Positions 29,188-53,902 of a DNA stretch of 64,000 nucleotides are shown in pieces (within the stretch, counting starts at the first letter, position 1; every line of letters starts with the position of its first letter). Position numbers and translations under genes: made by a program. This DNA comes from Blastocystis sp. Blastoise. Taxonomy: Eukaryota > Protista > Bigyra: Opalinata. Below the pieces are notes generated by a model, which saw only the letters and a list, made by a program, of their open reading frames with translations, made no database searches and was not told the DNA's origin. The stretch covers positions 248,001 to 312,000 of the forward strand of contig JBBPEB010000023.1 in the NCBI GenBank assembly GCA_039096225.1, read 5' to 3'.

Positions 29188-29399
29188 ATAATATAGAGGA
29201 AAAGTAATATAAAGGGATATATAATAATACGAAAATAAGTATGAAAAAAAATATATGTATAAGAGAAAACGATGCTAAATATAGGAGGGAAAAATGAAAA
29301 GAGAATAAATAGAGAAAAATATAAAGTTAATGAGATAGGGATAATTAATGAAATTAATAAAAAAGAATTAAAATAATAATATAGAGAAAAAAAAATATA

Positions 29400-33250
<3,851 letters not shown>

Positions 33251-33259
33251 ACTAGATAA

Positions 33260-33290
<31 letters not shown>

Positions 33291-34346
33291 ACATACCTAA
33301 TAGAAAAAAATGAATTTGGTGATGTTGAGTCATAGGGAAAGATAACCAACAGAAACAGTAGAAAACAACCTAAATAAATAAATAATAATAAATAAAAATA
33401 TAAAAATAATGAAAATAAATAATAAAATGAATTAGAATTCTAATTCAAGAAAAAAAAAGAAAGTTAATAATAGATAGAATGAATATACGATAAGTATTTT
33501 ATCATATAATATTACAGCAATATAAAAAATAAAAAGATAAGAGATAATTATAAAAATAAATAAATACATATATACTTTGAAAACAGTTTGACATCATAGA
33601 CGTTGTTGACATGGACTGAAGAGGACTCTTATAACCACGGACGAGCAGGAACCTATACATGCTAGAGAATGGGAGAATGTTAATATGGGTAAAGAATAAA
33701 AAATAGCAATATACATACAAGGGAACAGTCTGAAGTTAAAATGAGCTTCTATTTTTAAAAATAAAGGCAAATAAAAATAGAATAAAAATAAAAAAAATAT
33801 GTAACAAATGAAATATTTTCTAAGTCAATAGGCTCAATAGCGTATGGGTGTCTTCAGGTCTTAAAAGAAAAATCATTTTTGCGGGAATATCAAGAAATTC
33901 AAAAAAGTATATTTTCCCTCCTTTTTTCGCTGTCACTTTTTTTTAATATTTTTGACTTTATAGTATTAAAATCGATTCTTACAGGCATGTATAGACACTT
34001 TATACCACTTTTGAAACTAAAAATCAAATATTCAAAAATGAGTGAAAAATCACAACAAGCAAGAAAAACAATTTTGTAAGCTGAGTATGTTGTGTATAAG
34101 TATGTCTAACAACAGAGATGATAAAAACGCACAACTCCTCTTGGTTTAGGACATAATTATGAATTCTCTTAAAAAAGCTATTTTAAACCTTAAAACGATA
34201 CCCTGAACTATAAATCAAGTCCTGAATGATATTCTAAAGTCATATTTTTAAAAACAGGTTTATTGACGATAATCAATAAACAAAAACAAGAGCTTCTGTT
34301 TTACTTTTCTTTTTTGAATTTTTAATTGTTTTGACTTTCTAGGGTA

Positions 34347-34856
34347 GTTGGCTAAAAGAATGCTGTCGTCTTTAGGCTAAAAAATTATGAATAAAAAAGT
34401 CAAGTCATTTTATTGTTTTTTCCTTGGGAAATCAAAAAGAAGAAATTTTTAGGTGTGTGTTGATTTAGGCTGTATAATGGTTTATATTGTAAAAGGACTT
34501 GACGAGAATGATTGAAATGATAATATATCACTCAGAGAATACACAAATTTTAAAAACTTCTCACTCATGTAATCCATTCCTGAATTATAGACTTCAGAGA
34601 AAAAATTAAAGTCTTTTTGGTTTTAAACAGTCATTTTAAATCATAAAACACTGTAAAATAGTCAATATTTAGAATGTCTATGATTATATAAATAAACAAT
34701 ATATTTTGTAGAGTTATTTTTAAGTTTTTCTCGTCAAAAAGAGAGAAACTTGACAAGTTGGCGGACACTCTTTTCTCGAGTTTAGGCCAACGTATTTTTG
34801 ATTAAAAAATCCCAGTCATTTTGTTGTTTCTCTTACGGGAAATAGGGTCAAAAAAA
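34347..34856 (+). repeat. Degenerate ~100-bp direct repeat pair near the right end of the element
   Basis: GTTGGC...TTTAGGC...AGTCATTTT.TTGTTT...GGGAAAT...CAAAAA at about 34347-34440 and 34757-34856. Confidence 0.6.
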
Positions 34857-34978
34857 CACAAAATGTCCATAGTGAAATAAAATATAAATGTTTATAAACA
34901 AAATACTAGAATGAAATATCAAATGAAAGAAACAAAATTAATAATAAAAATAATATATAAATATAAGTAGATAATAAT

Positions 34979-37041
34979 TTAGAATTCTAATGGAATATCC
35001 ATGTTTCTATATACACTGGCTGTAAGTGCAGGTATATAAACCTATATATATATATTATATTATAAATATATATATTATATATAAACAAATAAAGTATGTT
35101 GTTCTTGAATATATTGAGTAAAATGATCTGTATTATGATCCACGCGGTCTTTCCCGCCAAATGGAGCATCGTCACTCTATATATATATATAAATAGTTTA
35201 AATAATACTAATAATAGTATATAAATAGTTTAAATAATACTAATAATAGTATATAAATAGAATAATAATACTAATAAGAGTATATAAATAGATAATAATA
35301 ATGTATAGTATATATATACAGAGAGAATGCACTTATATTTTCCTGGTAGATGCACGGTAAATTGATAGTCAGTTTGAGAGAGATGAGGATGAAGATTATA
35401 AATAAATAATAAAGGACCTTTCTCATACGCTATTATTTGACTCTCTGTATCTTGTATATATATATACTCACGACTACCCGTCATCACATTGTATAAATCT
35501 TGTAAGCTATTCACATCTCTATCCCAACGGTTGAGGAATTTATAACGGAGAAGAGGGTCATCACAAAGGGACCATTGTCTACGACAATATTTATAACTAT
35601 CACCATTTCCCTCCCGCGGGAAATCAAGCCATTCTGGATGTCCAAATTCGTTTCCCTCGAAATTGAGGTAGCCTTCCCCTCCAAGAGAGAACGTTAATAA
35701 ATGTATACATTTATGTAGCGCTATTCCTTGGTCAACGATTTGATTATAAGGAGATAATACTGACATGCTGGTATACATTTCTTTATCCATAAGCCAGAAA
35801 GCTATAGTTTTACTTCCTACAAGAGCTTGATCGTGACACTCAGTATAGGCTATATATCTCTCTTGATGTCTTCGATTAGTAAGTGTATATAGAATGTTAC
35901 CAACATCCCATTTTCCCACGGTTCCTTTCTCCATCAACTTGGTCCATATATCTAAATAAACACGGGAATAAGAATAAGGCATATTATAATAGTAATAAAC
36001 ATAATAATAAATAATAATAATAAACATAATGATAATAATATATATATACATATATCTGGTATAGCCATAGCCATTCGATAGTCAAAGCCGAGGCCTCCCC
36101 CGCGAATATCGGAGGCCAGTTGGGGATAGCCAGAGACATCTTCAGCTATCGATATTCCCGCGGGGGAAATCTCTTTTATTAAAGAACAAGCGAGACATAA
36201 ATATACATAAGCATCTAAATCAACAGAATTATTATAATATTCATGGTAATCACCTGAAAATCCAAAGTTTGCTCCATGATGTGTATAAAGAATACTAGTA
36301 ATACCATCAAATCGAAATCCATCGATGTGAAATACAGAAACATAATAATTTAAATTTGATAATAAATAACGAACTACATTTGTTTCATGATAATTAAATA
36401 ATTTAGAGCCCCAAAGTGGATGATCCCCGCGGGGACCATGATGGAAATAAAGATCAGAGCCATCATATAAATTTAGTCCTTCACCGACATTTGAGCACCC
36501 GTGACTATTTTAGAAAAATAAGGGATAATTTAAGAAAAACCACGGTTATATATACCTATGAACAATATCCATTAGAACGATAAGACCCTCTTTATGGCAT
36601 GTGTCTACTAATCTCTATATATATAATATATATGTATATATACATAAATAAATAAATATATACATATAATATATATATATAATATATATATATATATACC
36701 ATAAATTGTTCTGGTGTTCCAAAACGTGACGAAGGTGCGTAAAATGATGTCACGTGATATCCGAATGATCCATAATAAGGGTGTTCCGCAATACCCATAA
36801 TCTGAACAGCATTGTATCCTTGTTCTTTAATTCGTTGAATGACGTGATCCGTAAAATAATCGTAACTGGCGATTGTTTCTTCTTCGCTACTAATTCCGAT
36901 ATGACATTCATAGACTTTAATTCCTTTTTTAGTGATATTTTGAGGTTCAGGTCCGTTATATTTAAAGGAATACTGTTCCCATGACGAAGGGTTCCAGTAT
37001 ATACCGGTATATGCAGGCAATTGTTTGTCTATATATACAAA

Positions 37042-37096
<55 letters not shown>

Positions 37097-37974
37097 ATGC
37101 TAATAATAATAATAATAATAAATATAAGTATAATAAATACTTCCATCCCAGTCGTGAACACTTCTGTTGATATACGCGGGAATACGGTATAATCCATTAT
37201 CATTTGCATCCACTATATACACTTTGATTCTTTGATTATGTTGAATGCGAGGGCTAGAGAATAATAATAAACATAATAATAATAATAAATATAATAAACA
37301 CAATAATATTAATAAACATAATAATAATAATAAACATAATAATAATAATAAATATAATAAACACAATAATATTAATAAACTATAATAAATATAAAACTAT
37401 ATCTTTAAAAAAATACAGTCCATTGATATCTGGTAAATAAATTTCAAAATCACCATTTGGTAACTTAGTACATATATCTGTAAATGAATTAAGAAAAAAA
37501 TGAAATAAAAACAATAAATCGAAAGTAAACAATAGAAAAATGATAAAAAAGGATATGCTTTCGTATTCCAAAAGTTGAAATCACCAACCAAAGACATAGA
37601 TTTCGCTCGTGGAGCCCAATCACGAAAGACAATACCTGCTTCTCCATTCTATAAAACAGAAAAGCATATATATTACGATAAAGAATATAGGTAATAATTG
37701 AAATAAATGTGAGATATACTTTCTGGTAACGATTGAAACCATAATATTTGAACGAAGAAGAGAATTCAACGATAGAATTACCACCAAGGATTTCATTTTT
37801 TCGTTGCTTAATAAATAAATAAAATTAAATATAAGTTATAATAAACTGCTATGTAAATACCTCGAAATAGTTGTGACGAGCATAAATAATATCAGCGTAA
37901 GGGAGTAAAGAAGGATCTTCATTCTTTAGAGATTCCAGAAATTCTTTATTTATCTTGTTTTCCTCAGTATTCAT
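34979..37974 (-). CDS. GBE1: 1,4-alpha-glucan branching enzyme (GH13)
   Basis: FRDWAPRAKSMSLVGDFN, VYECHIG, EHPYYGSFGYHVTSFYAPSSRFGTPE, MDIVHSH, GFRFDG, AEDVSG, YTECHDQALVG, GYLNFEGNEFGHPEWLDFPREGN. Confidence 0.97.
37480..37556 (-). other. U12-type (minor spliceosome) AT-AC intron in GBE
   Basis: 5' ATATCCTTT, branch-like TTTCTTAAT, 3' TTTAC; removal restores FNFWNTKA|DICTKLPNGDFEIYLPD. Confidence 0.9.
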
Positions 37975-39638
37975 TGTCTATTAAATAAAAGAAAACTTAC
38001 AAAAATAATCTGGATATTTATAAAATGTGAAAACGTCCGAATTCTTTTTCTTGTATGACGCACAATTCATTAAACGAAGTAGATACTATTATTTATGGGA
38101 ATCGTTAGAGATATAGTGAGAAATTGAGAATCGTCATATTTGTCACTTTTGTGTTTTTCTTTTAATCCAATAAAAAGAAGAGTGTCATTTCGACAGTGAA
38201 GTTGATTTAAAAAACAAGAGCAAATGAATTTATTCAGATTTGTTATGATGCTTCTAAAGTAAGTTATTGATATTGTAGAGAGACGATGCATTTAAAGTCT
38301 ATAGTCTGGAGAAGAGAAGAATAATGATAAATTAGATTTACTGTTCTTGACATATGTGGACATGGCAGTGCTTAATAGATAGTGGAAATATTGTAAGTTG
38401 TCAAAGTATAATGTTAGAAGCATATTGATGCAATAAAATGAGTGTATAGGTGAATCTTATGGGTGATTATTATTTAAAATTAATATTTTGTTATTATTTA
38501 ATGTTGATATCTTCTTCTTAATAAATGTTAAGACTTAAGAAGCAGTTATAGGATAGAAAAAACAATTAGGAACATTTTGTTTGTATAATGGTTGCTTTTT
38601 TCTTTATATACACTGTAAAATCGAATAAATGGTCAAATATATATTTTATATCCTTTATCTATATGAATACGAGAGTTTTAAAGATAATAAGTTTTAATAA
38701 AGAGTAGCAACACATTATCATTTGTTTTTTGAAATAATAATTAATTTTATTATGAAAACCAAGTATATGTGTTAGAATACAGAGTGAATAGATGGAGGTA
38801 TGAGTAAGGAAATATATGTTTATACTTAATGTTTACTTAGAACAGTAGAGATGAATGATATACAGAAAATATCTTAAAAACTATTGAAAATAATATATAT
38901 ATATAGTTTACAGTATATTTATAATTTTTAATTTCAAAAATTAAAATAGAAAAAGAAACAATGTAAATGTTATAAAAATATACATTGAATATATATCTAA
39001 ATATTATATATATTCAATATATAAAAATATAATATAAAAAAAAATGTGTATCTATGATGATGATGATATTTTTATATAGAAAAGTTTATTAATTTTTGTT
39101 TGTAAACAATAGCATATATATATATATTAACAATACACTATAATATAGAGTATAGCTAGATAAACATATATTTAACAAAGAAAACTCAAAAGAAAACAAT
39201 ATACATATATATATTTAAGAAAGAATAAAAATAAGAATAAGGAAATATAAAGTAATTGAGAAAAAGAAATAATTTAAAAATATAAATATATATATATATA
39301 TATAACAAAACAATACATAGAATCTATCTTATATAGAGAAATATATATATATATATATATATATTTATTCAAATAATACATGTATAATAATATAATATAC
39401 GAGATAAAAACGATATTATAAAGAAAAAGTGAAAAGTAACAAAAAAAAAAACATGAAATATAATGATAATAATAAAAAAATATATAAAAAAAAACAAAAA
39501 AATAAATAAACAAATAAATATATATAGAAAGAGAAATATATATAAAAAGAGCAAAAAAAAAAAAGAAATATTCCACTCATTTTATATAAGAATACATATA
39601 TAAAACAACTCTTACTATATATAAAAATAGTATATAAC

Positions 39639-40941
39639 TTAATAGACTTGACAGAAGTCTTCCATTTCATCTGCATTTGGTGCTTGTATAAATAGATATA
39701 TAGAAGAATGTTTTGGTTTAATATGTTTCTCTTTAGCATCTTTTATAGGTAGTCTAAAATGTTTTATGGTTCTCACGGGAATTTTAGAAATATCAGAGAA
39801 ATAGGATAATTCTAAATCTTCTAAATGTGTAAATTCAGGGATACGTCTTATGACTTGTTGATGTCTATATAATACATTATTCGATAATATATATCCATGT
39901 CCAGCAGTATATTGAATATTCTTGGGAATAGCACTTTTAGGATAATATAATCGACGATGTTTAAATTTTTGTGAATATTTCGACATCTCAACATGTCCTG
40001 CATGATAATCTTGCATAGGTTCTTCTCGAAGTTTCGAAACTAATTTAGGTACATTGACACATGTATCGTCATCACCAAAGTAGACAAATGGTGTTGTAGC
40101 TTTAGCTATAACAAATAAATCAGATGCCATAATCACTTTTAAAGTTAAGTTTTCATGAGATTCTAGAATATTTAACATAATAAGATCATTATATTCTCTT
40201 TGTTCATCTTTAAATATTTTCTTTGATTCTTTTATATGATTTGTAAATGAAACGAGGAAATATATCTTAGCATTTATGGAACGTTTTGATATATATTTTG
40301 ATTGACCATACGTATTACGAATTGCTAATCGTTCTTCAACATTAGTAATTCTAGATTTTATAAACATTACTAAATAATAAGGATTAAATAAATCATTAAG
40401 GTATTTCACTTTAGGAATAGCATAAAAAGAAAAATGTTTTGCTCTAGGAATCAAATAGAATTTAGGATCATAATTATATAACGAATTATTTCCTTGAGTT
40501 ATAAATTCAGGTTTCTGATAACTATAAACTTGATCCGTTGAATCTTGAAGATGACTATAGATAGCTTCAGGATATCGAGAATCAATTTCAGTAAAAGGTT
40601 TCAGACGACCTTCCATCTTAAGAACAGACATAACACCAAACATATATGTTGTATCATTAATAACGTAATTCTGCTTTATACGATATTTCTGTTTCTTCTC
40701 AATGATTCTTTCTACGGTTTTGACAACAGTTACATTACTTTTCTTTATATGAGGAAACGAAGTAGGATACAAAAACGATTGACTTGTTCTAGTTTTCTGA
40801 ATACCTAGATTAATTAATAGTATCATAAATAAGAAATATAATAAGAATACCAGCATAGACTGTTGCATTTGATAATTGAAAAACAACTAACCATAGCGCA
40901 AAAATAACTACAAATGCTATACGAACCGTTTTCTTATTCAT
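39639..40941 (-). CDS. GT31-family beta-1,3-galactosyltransferase-like type II membrane protein
   Basis: N-terminal TM MNKKTVRIAFVVIFALWLVVF, one intron, then RLAIRNTYG, EQREYNDLI, ENLTLKV, FGDDDTCVN (DxD), YTAGHGYILS, HLEDLELS. Confidence 0.88.
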
Positions 40942-42025
40942 TAATTCAGAGAGTCCTTGCCACATTAGCATAAAAATGAATTTCCAAAAAAAAAATAAAA
41001 AATATTTCATTTTTGACTCCACGACGAAAATACGACCATTGGAAAGTTATAAATGTGTTTTAACCGTGAATAAACGAGACAAATGAATCAGTTCAATGAA
41101 TTTCTTTGATTTATTCATCATATTGTGGATCAATGGTAAATTTAGATCACTTATCGATGTCTCTTCTCTGAGTAAATATTCTAAACTTGTTTTAAAACAA
41201 TATTAATAAGGAAAATATGGAAATGAATAACTATTATATATAGGATAAAATGATATTAGCATTTCTATTTATGTGTTGGCATAGTTGTTTTTCATTGACG
41301 AAAGTATGAATCCAAGAAAAAAATATTTAATGATATATTTTCTTGTTAATGAATTGAACGATGTCAAATAGACCTAACATTAGATGAATGAATAAGCACA
41401 ATGTATTTAAAATAAAAATATGATATTATACTCCAATGAAAAAAATAGAAATATAGAATCAATACAATGAGACTCTTTGAATTGTAATGAAAAATATGTT
41501 TCAAATACCCAAAAGATTTGTTTGATTCAAAAAGATTCCTATTACAGTAAAAAATCTACAATGATAAGATAAATGATGAATGAATGTGACAAAAAATATC
41601 AAAAGGCACTAGAATTCATCAAAAATATTGGATTGAGATTTTGATTCATTTCATTGCTTATGGGTTGATCAATAGGAAATTGAATTTAAGACTAGAGTCA
41701 GTCAAGAATTGAAATAGAATCAAATTTTTTTTCTATAAAACACAAACTAAAAAAGAATGTATAGTTAAAAAACATGGTTATTTGATATAAAATGGGAGAT
41801 TCATTTCTGTTATCGTTGTTGACGGGAGTCAGATTTGTAAGAATATTGTTTGATAGACATAGATCTTTATATGACTATACAGTAATCACTTTACGTGTCA
41901 GGTTTTTGATATTTATTTATATTTATCAAAAGTAGTAGTTAATTTATAAGACTTTACCATCCTATTCTCTATTTTCTTAATAAAATAATAGCAACATTCA
42001 GAATTCAAAATAAGATTGTTTTAAA

Positions 42026-45687
<3,662 letters not shown>

Positions 45688-47009
45688 TATATATATATAT
45701 ATATATATATATCAACTTATACTATTTAGTTTTCTGTATAATTTATGATATATTTCTATTTAATTTATATTTTTTTATATGAGGCAATTTGTTTTTGTTT
45801 TATTTTTTTTTTGTTTTATGTAATTTATTTTTTTTTCCTTTTTTTCATATTTTTTATTTAAGTTTGTTCATATATATATATACATTTTTTTGTATCTTAT
45901 TTATTTGCATTTGTGCTTATTTTCTATATATATATATGTATATTTTTATATTTATATAAGTGATATAAATTTTTCAATTTATATTATTCTTTTTATTTTA
46001 TTTTATTGTTTCTCATTAACAAAAAAAAACTTTTATTATTTTTATATATACATATAAATATATAATATTGCATTATTATTTAAGTGTATTTGCTTTTCAC
46101 AACTTATTATATATATACATATTCTTTAATATGTTCTAGTAGTTGTTCCATTATTAGTCTTTTCGCTTCTTATTACTCTTTCTTTTTGTTCTAAATATTT
46201 GATTTATATTGTGTTTTTTTTTTTTCATTTTTTTTCAATTTTTTTTTAAATTCATCATTATTTAAAACATGGATTAATGAATAGCACACAACTAATTATA
46301 TTATTATAACATATCTATTTTTATACCTATTCGTTCCAACTTTAAGTATTACCATTTTTGTCTATTATTAATATAATATAGGGAAAACTTGAAACTGTGT
46401 GGTAAAACTTACTTATTCTCATTAAAATAATCAAATAATATGTTTATTTAACTATATAATCCAGAATCATCAATTTCTTTTCACTTAAATAGTATCTATA
46501 TAATTATTTATTCTTAATTAAATAATAATCCCAAAATTTTCCTATGCTTCGATTATTTCTTTTAATTATTTTGTTCAAATAATCAATCATATCACCTGTA
46601 TTCTGATATACATAATTTCATCACTAAGAGAACCGTAACTGTAATAATGAATTGCAAAAACGGTAAACTTATCACACTATCATATATTATTATAAACGCA
46701 TAAAACTATCCTAACATCTGTGTAGCATTAGAGAACAATATAACTCAAGTTTTGAGAATACACGATAAGTTACCATCGTATTTCATTGTGTTGTTTCATG
46801 TGTCTGTATGATCATCCTTCTACACTTGTTCTGTAATAAAGAAAGAAGACTTAGCTTCTTCTATCGGTCTCCCTCTTTTTTTTTGTCACTTCTATCACTT
46901 TTTATTATAAACAATAATCACGATTACAGTTGTTTTTATACTAAGAAATATTTAAATTCCCTTGTTTTACTGAATAGAGCCTTTAAAGAAAATTTACCCA
47001 TCCTTTTTT

Positions 47010-47226
47010 AGTGGCAAACAAATAATAAGCCAATCAAATTACTAGAAATTGAATTAAAACCCAAACTTTTCCATAAAACAGAGTTTTTTAGAATGCCGCC
47101 AAAAATAAGCCAATAGGATTCGTAATTACTCAAAAAACAAATAAAACTTTTTAGAAAGAATCACGGTTATTTGAAACTCCCTCCATAAGCCTTTTTATAG
47201 AGAAGCGCGGTTTGTTCATTGAAAGT
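47010..47226 (+). promoter_or_regulatory. Putative cell-cycle promoter module upstream of E2F: E2F-like site, two CCAAT boxes, CHR-like TTTGAA
   Basis: AGCCAATC about 47029, GCCGCCAAAA 47095-47104 (reverse complement TTTTGGCGGC), AGCCAATA about 47108, TTTGAA about 47170. Confidence 0.4.
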
Positions 47227-47337
47227 CTAATTGTTTTTTATAGGCTTTTTTTATAGTTCTTTATTAGGTTATTAAGATTAGAACAGTTATATCTTGTTTA
47301 AGAAGCGTCATATTCATATAATTATATAAGAATTCTC

Positions 47338-50848
<3,511 letters not shown>

Positions 50849-51559
50849 TTCAAGTATTATAATTATATATATATATATATATAATTATAATTATTTCTAT
50901 ATACATAAAAAGTATGCTTTCTTGATATATATAAACATATAAAAAAGAATTTTCTCTATTTTCTTCACATTTTCTTTTCTATTTATACAATAGACTTATC
51001 ATTTTTTGCCATTTTTTAATTTATGTCTCATTTTATATTATGAAAATAATTTTGAAAACGAATAACTTTGTCATTATGATTTCTATATATATTCAATTTA
51101 TCTTTTTCTTTTCTATTTTTTAAATAAACTAAATATTATTTTTATTTTGCTTCATTGACTTTTCTTTTTTTTTTCTATTTTTATTTTTTTCTTATTCTTT
51201 TTCTTCTTTCTCTTTTCTGATCATTCTCGCTTTTTACGTTTTATTCATTCTTAGATTATATTTTGTTTGTTGTATAAGTCAGAAACTCTATTTTGAAAGA
51301 TAGAGTTAATATTGCAATAGAATCCACACGTGATATCTCGTTATTAAGTCTTAAAGAACTTGATCTAATATTAGTAACTAATTTAAGCAATACGAAGATA
51401 TACATATACATTCATATTCTTCAGTTTGTCACCTCTTCATTTAGAAATCATCCATAATAAGAATTCCCTGAAAAGAAACTGTCTCATTAACGGAAGAAAT
51501 CATAAATTTCCATGGAAAAAAAGTATTCAAAAAAAGAATACAAAAAAAAACTTCTTTTC

Positions 51560-51590
<31 letters not shown>

Positions 51591-51601
51591 ACAAATATAT
51601 T

Positions 51602-53902
51602 ATGTCTAATATAAATAATCAAGACTTTGTATCAGATTATGTTGATAAAAGTAAATTGATTCGAGATGCGTTAACAAAAGAAGAAATCAGAGCTTTTCAA
51701 CAGAAATTAAAAGAGTTTAAGTATTTTAAAATGTATTTATATTATTATATACATGATTTAGATCGACAAATATGTTTAAAGAAACTGATCAAAAGGTATA
51801 TGATCAATCTATCAAGCATCATTTTTCTGAAACTCTCCAACTTGGAGGTGTTTTGTCTTTATGGTATACTTGCTTACGATTCAGACAGCCAGTAGAATGT
51901 GCTCTTGTGTCTGGGTGTATCTCTATATATTTTTTAATATATATTTCGTCCTATTTATTACATATTTTAAAATATGTATAGTTGTATTGTTTCCATTATC
52001 ATTTTATTTACGAAAAAATATGAAAACGGATTCTATGTTAAATTTATGTGATCGACAGAATACTGTTTGTGGAGATTATCTTCGAAATGTGTATATGATT
52101 ATGATTATTATTATTATTATGTTCCTTAACAGTTATTTAATTGTATAGTATATTGTCAAATCATAAGAATACACCTATAGCTACATATTTGACACATAGA
52201 TATATATTAAAGTATATAGAATGAATAGAGTAATGTTATGTTATTTTTATAATTATTTTATTTTTATAATTATTTTATTTTTATAATTATTTTATTTTTA
52301 TAATTATTTTATTTTTATAATTATTTTATTTTTATTATTATTTTATTTTTATAATTATTTTATTTTTATAATTATTTTATTTTTATTATAAATAATAATA
52401 ACAATATTTAATAATAATATTTATAAATAATTGCTATACTATTGTATATAAAATAATCTATCTATAGAGATAATATTAAGCCTACAACAAAGATGTATAG
52501 TAATAAACAAGAGCGAAATTCGGATCGTGAAGGAGGTGTGAATGATACAAAACAATATACATTTAGAGGTAGTATTTATGATATGATAGGAATTATGAAT
52601 ACATTAACAATAAAAACAGTTGGAGAAGGAAATGAAGTTAAAGATATTGAGGGAGAAATGGTTGAATTTAGAGGTGAGTTTTTAACTCGAATAATTGTAA
52701 ATATTCGATCACCTTCTCCTTGGAAGAAACGACAAGAATTAAAAGAGAATCAGAAGAAAGAAGAAGAGCTGAAACGATCTGAAATGATGAATAATACAGG
52801 TAATTTGCCAAGTGGATTCATTGAAGAATCAAAAGAATTCATTAAGAATGATATTATTAATGAAAATAAAAATGAACAATTAATTAAAGATAATAATATT
52901 ATTAATAATGAATATCATAAAAATATAACAAATCATAAAATTATTAATAATAAAGAACAAGAACAAATCAAACATAATATTGAAGGCATATATATATATA
53001 TTATTTTATTTACTATATATATATTTAATTATTTTATTTACTAAATATATATATTTAATAATTATTATTTATATATATAGTTCCATTTATAAAGAATGTA
53101 TCTTCCTCTATTCATAATAATAATAATAATAATAATAATGTGGTTAATAATAATAATACTATTATACAAGAGAAAGAGAATGAGGATATATATAAAGGTA
53201 TTCACCCTATAGTAAAGGAAAGAAAAGACCAAGAGCATTCAGAATATGAAGATACAGATATTAATACAAGTACTTATTATAAAGATTTAGATAATCAAAA
53301 TGAATTACTCAAGTATATATATATTATTATATATATTATTATATATATTATTATTATTTTAATTATTATGATGTTTATTATTTTAGTTATTATTATTATT
53401 ATTTTAATTATTATTATATTTTTAGAGTTAGAAATCGAAAAATGAATGTCATGAACCCATCAAAACGTATATATATATATATGTATTATTATATATATAT
53501 ATATATATTATAGCAAACTGGAGAAATATAAGAAAAAATCAAGGTGATGAAATAATTGAAAACACAATTGATGACGCACATTATCATTTTGATAAATCTA
53601 AACCAACTTCAACGTCTGATTCTGATTATGATCATCAATTATTACAAAAAGAAGCTTATTCAAATACAATGAAAACATATATTGAACCTTCTTCTCCTTC
53701 TTCTACTTCTTCTCCTCCTTCTTCTCCTACTTCTACTACTACTCCTTCTCCTGTCATGAATAGATATACAGAAAATCGATTAAAAATGGAGGGAAAACGA
53801 ATTCCTGTAGATATTGATGAGGAACGTGAAAATAATCCTGATTATGAATTATTAAAAATACGTAAAGTCGACTTTTGGGGAAATCCCATCAAGAAAATTT
53901 AA
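51602..53902 (+). CDS. Hypothetical protein (multi-exon, includes a GC-AG intron at 52986-53080)
   Basis: Exons join in frame: MSNINNQDF...KE|STNMFKE...VSG|FVLFPL...RNV|ILSNH...LK|DNIKPTTKMYS...IE|VPF...LLK|VRNRK...K|PNWRN...DFWGNPIKKI*. No recognisable domain. Confidence 0.6.

Noticed and set aside
52122-52130. Perfect U12 branch sequence TTCCTTAAC
   Set aside because: The donor of this intron (GTATATG) is U2-like, so it is not called as a minor intron.
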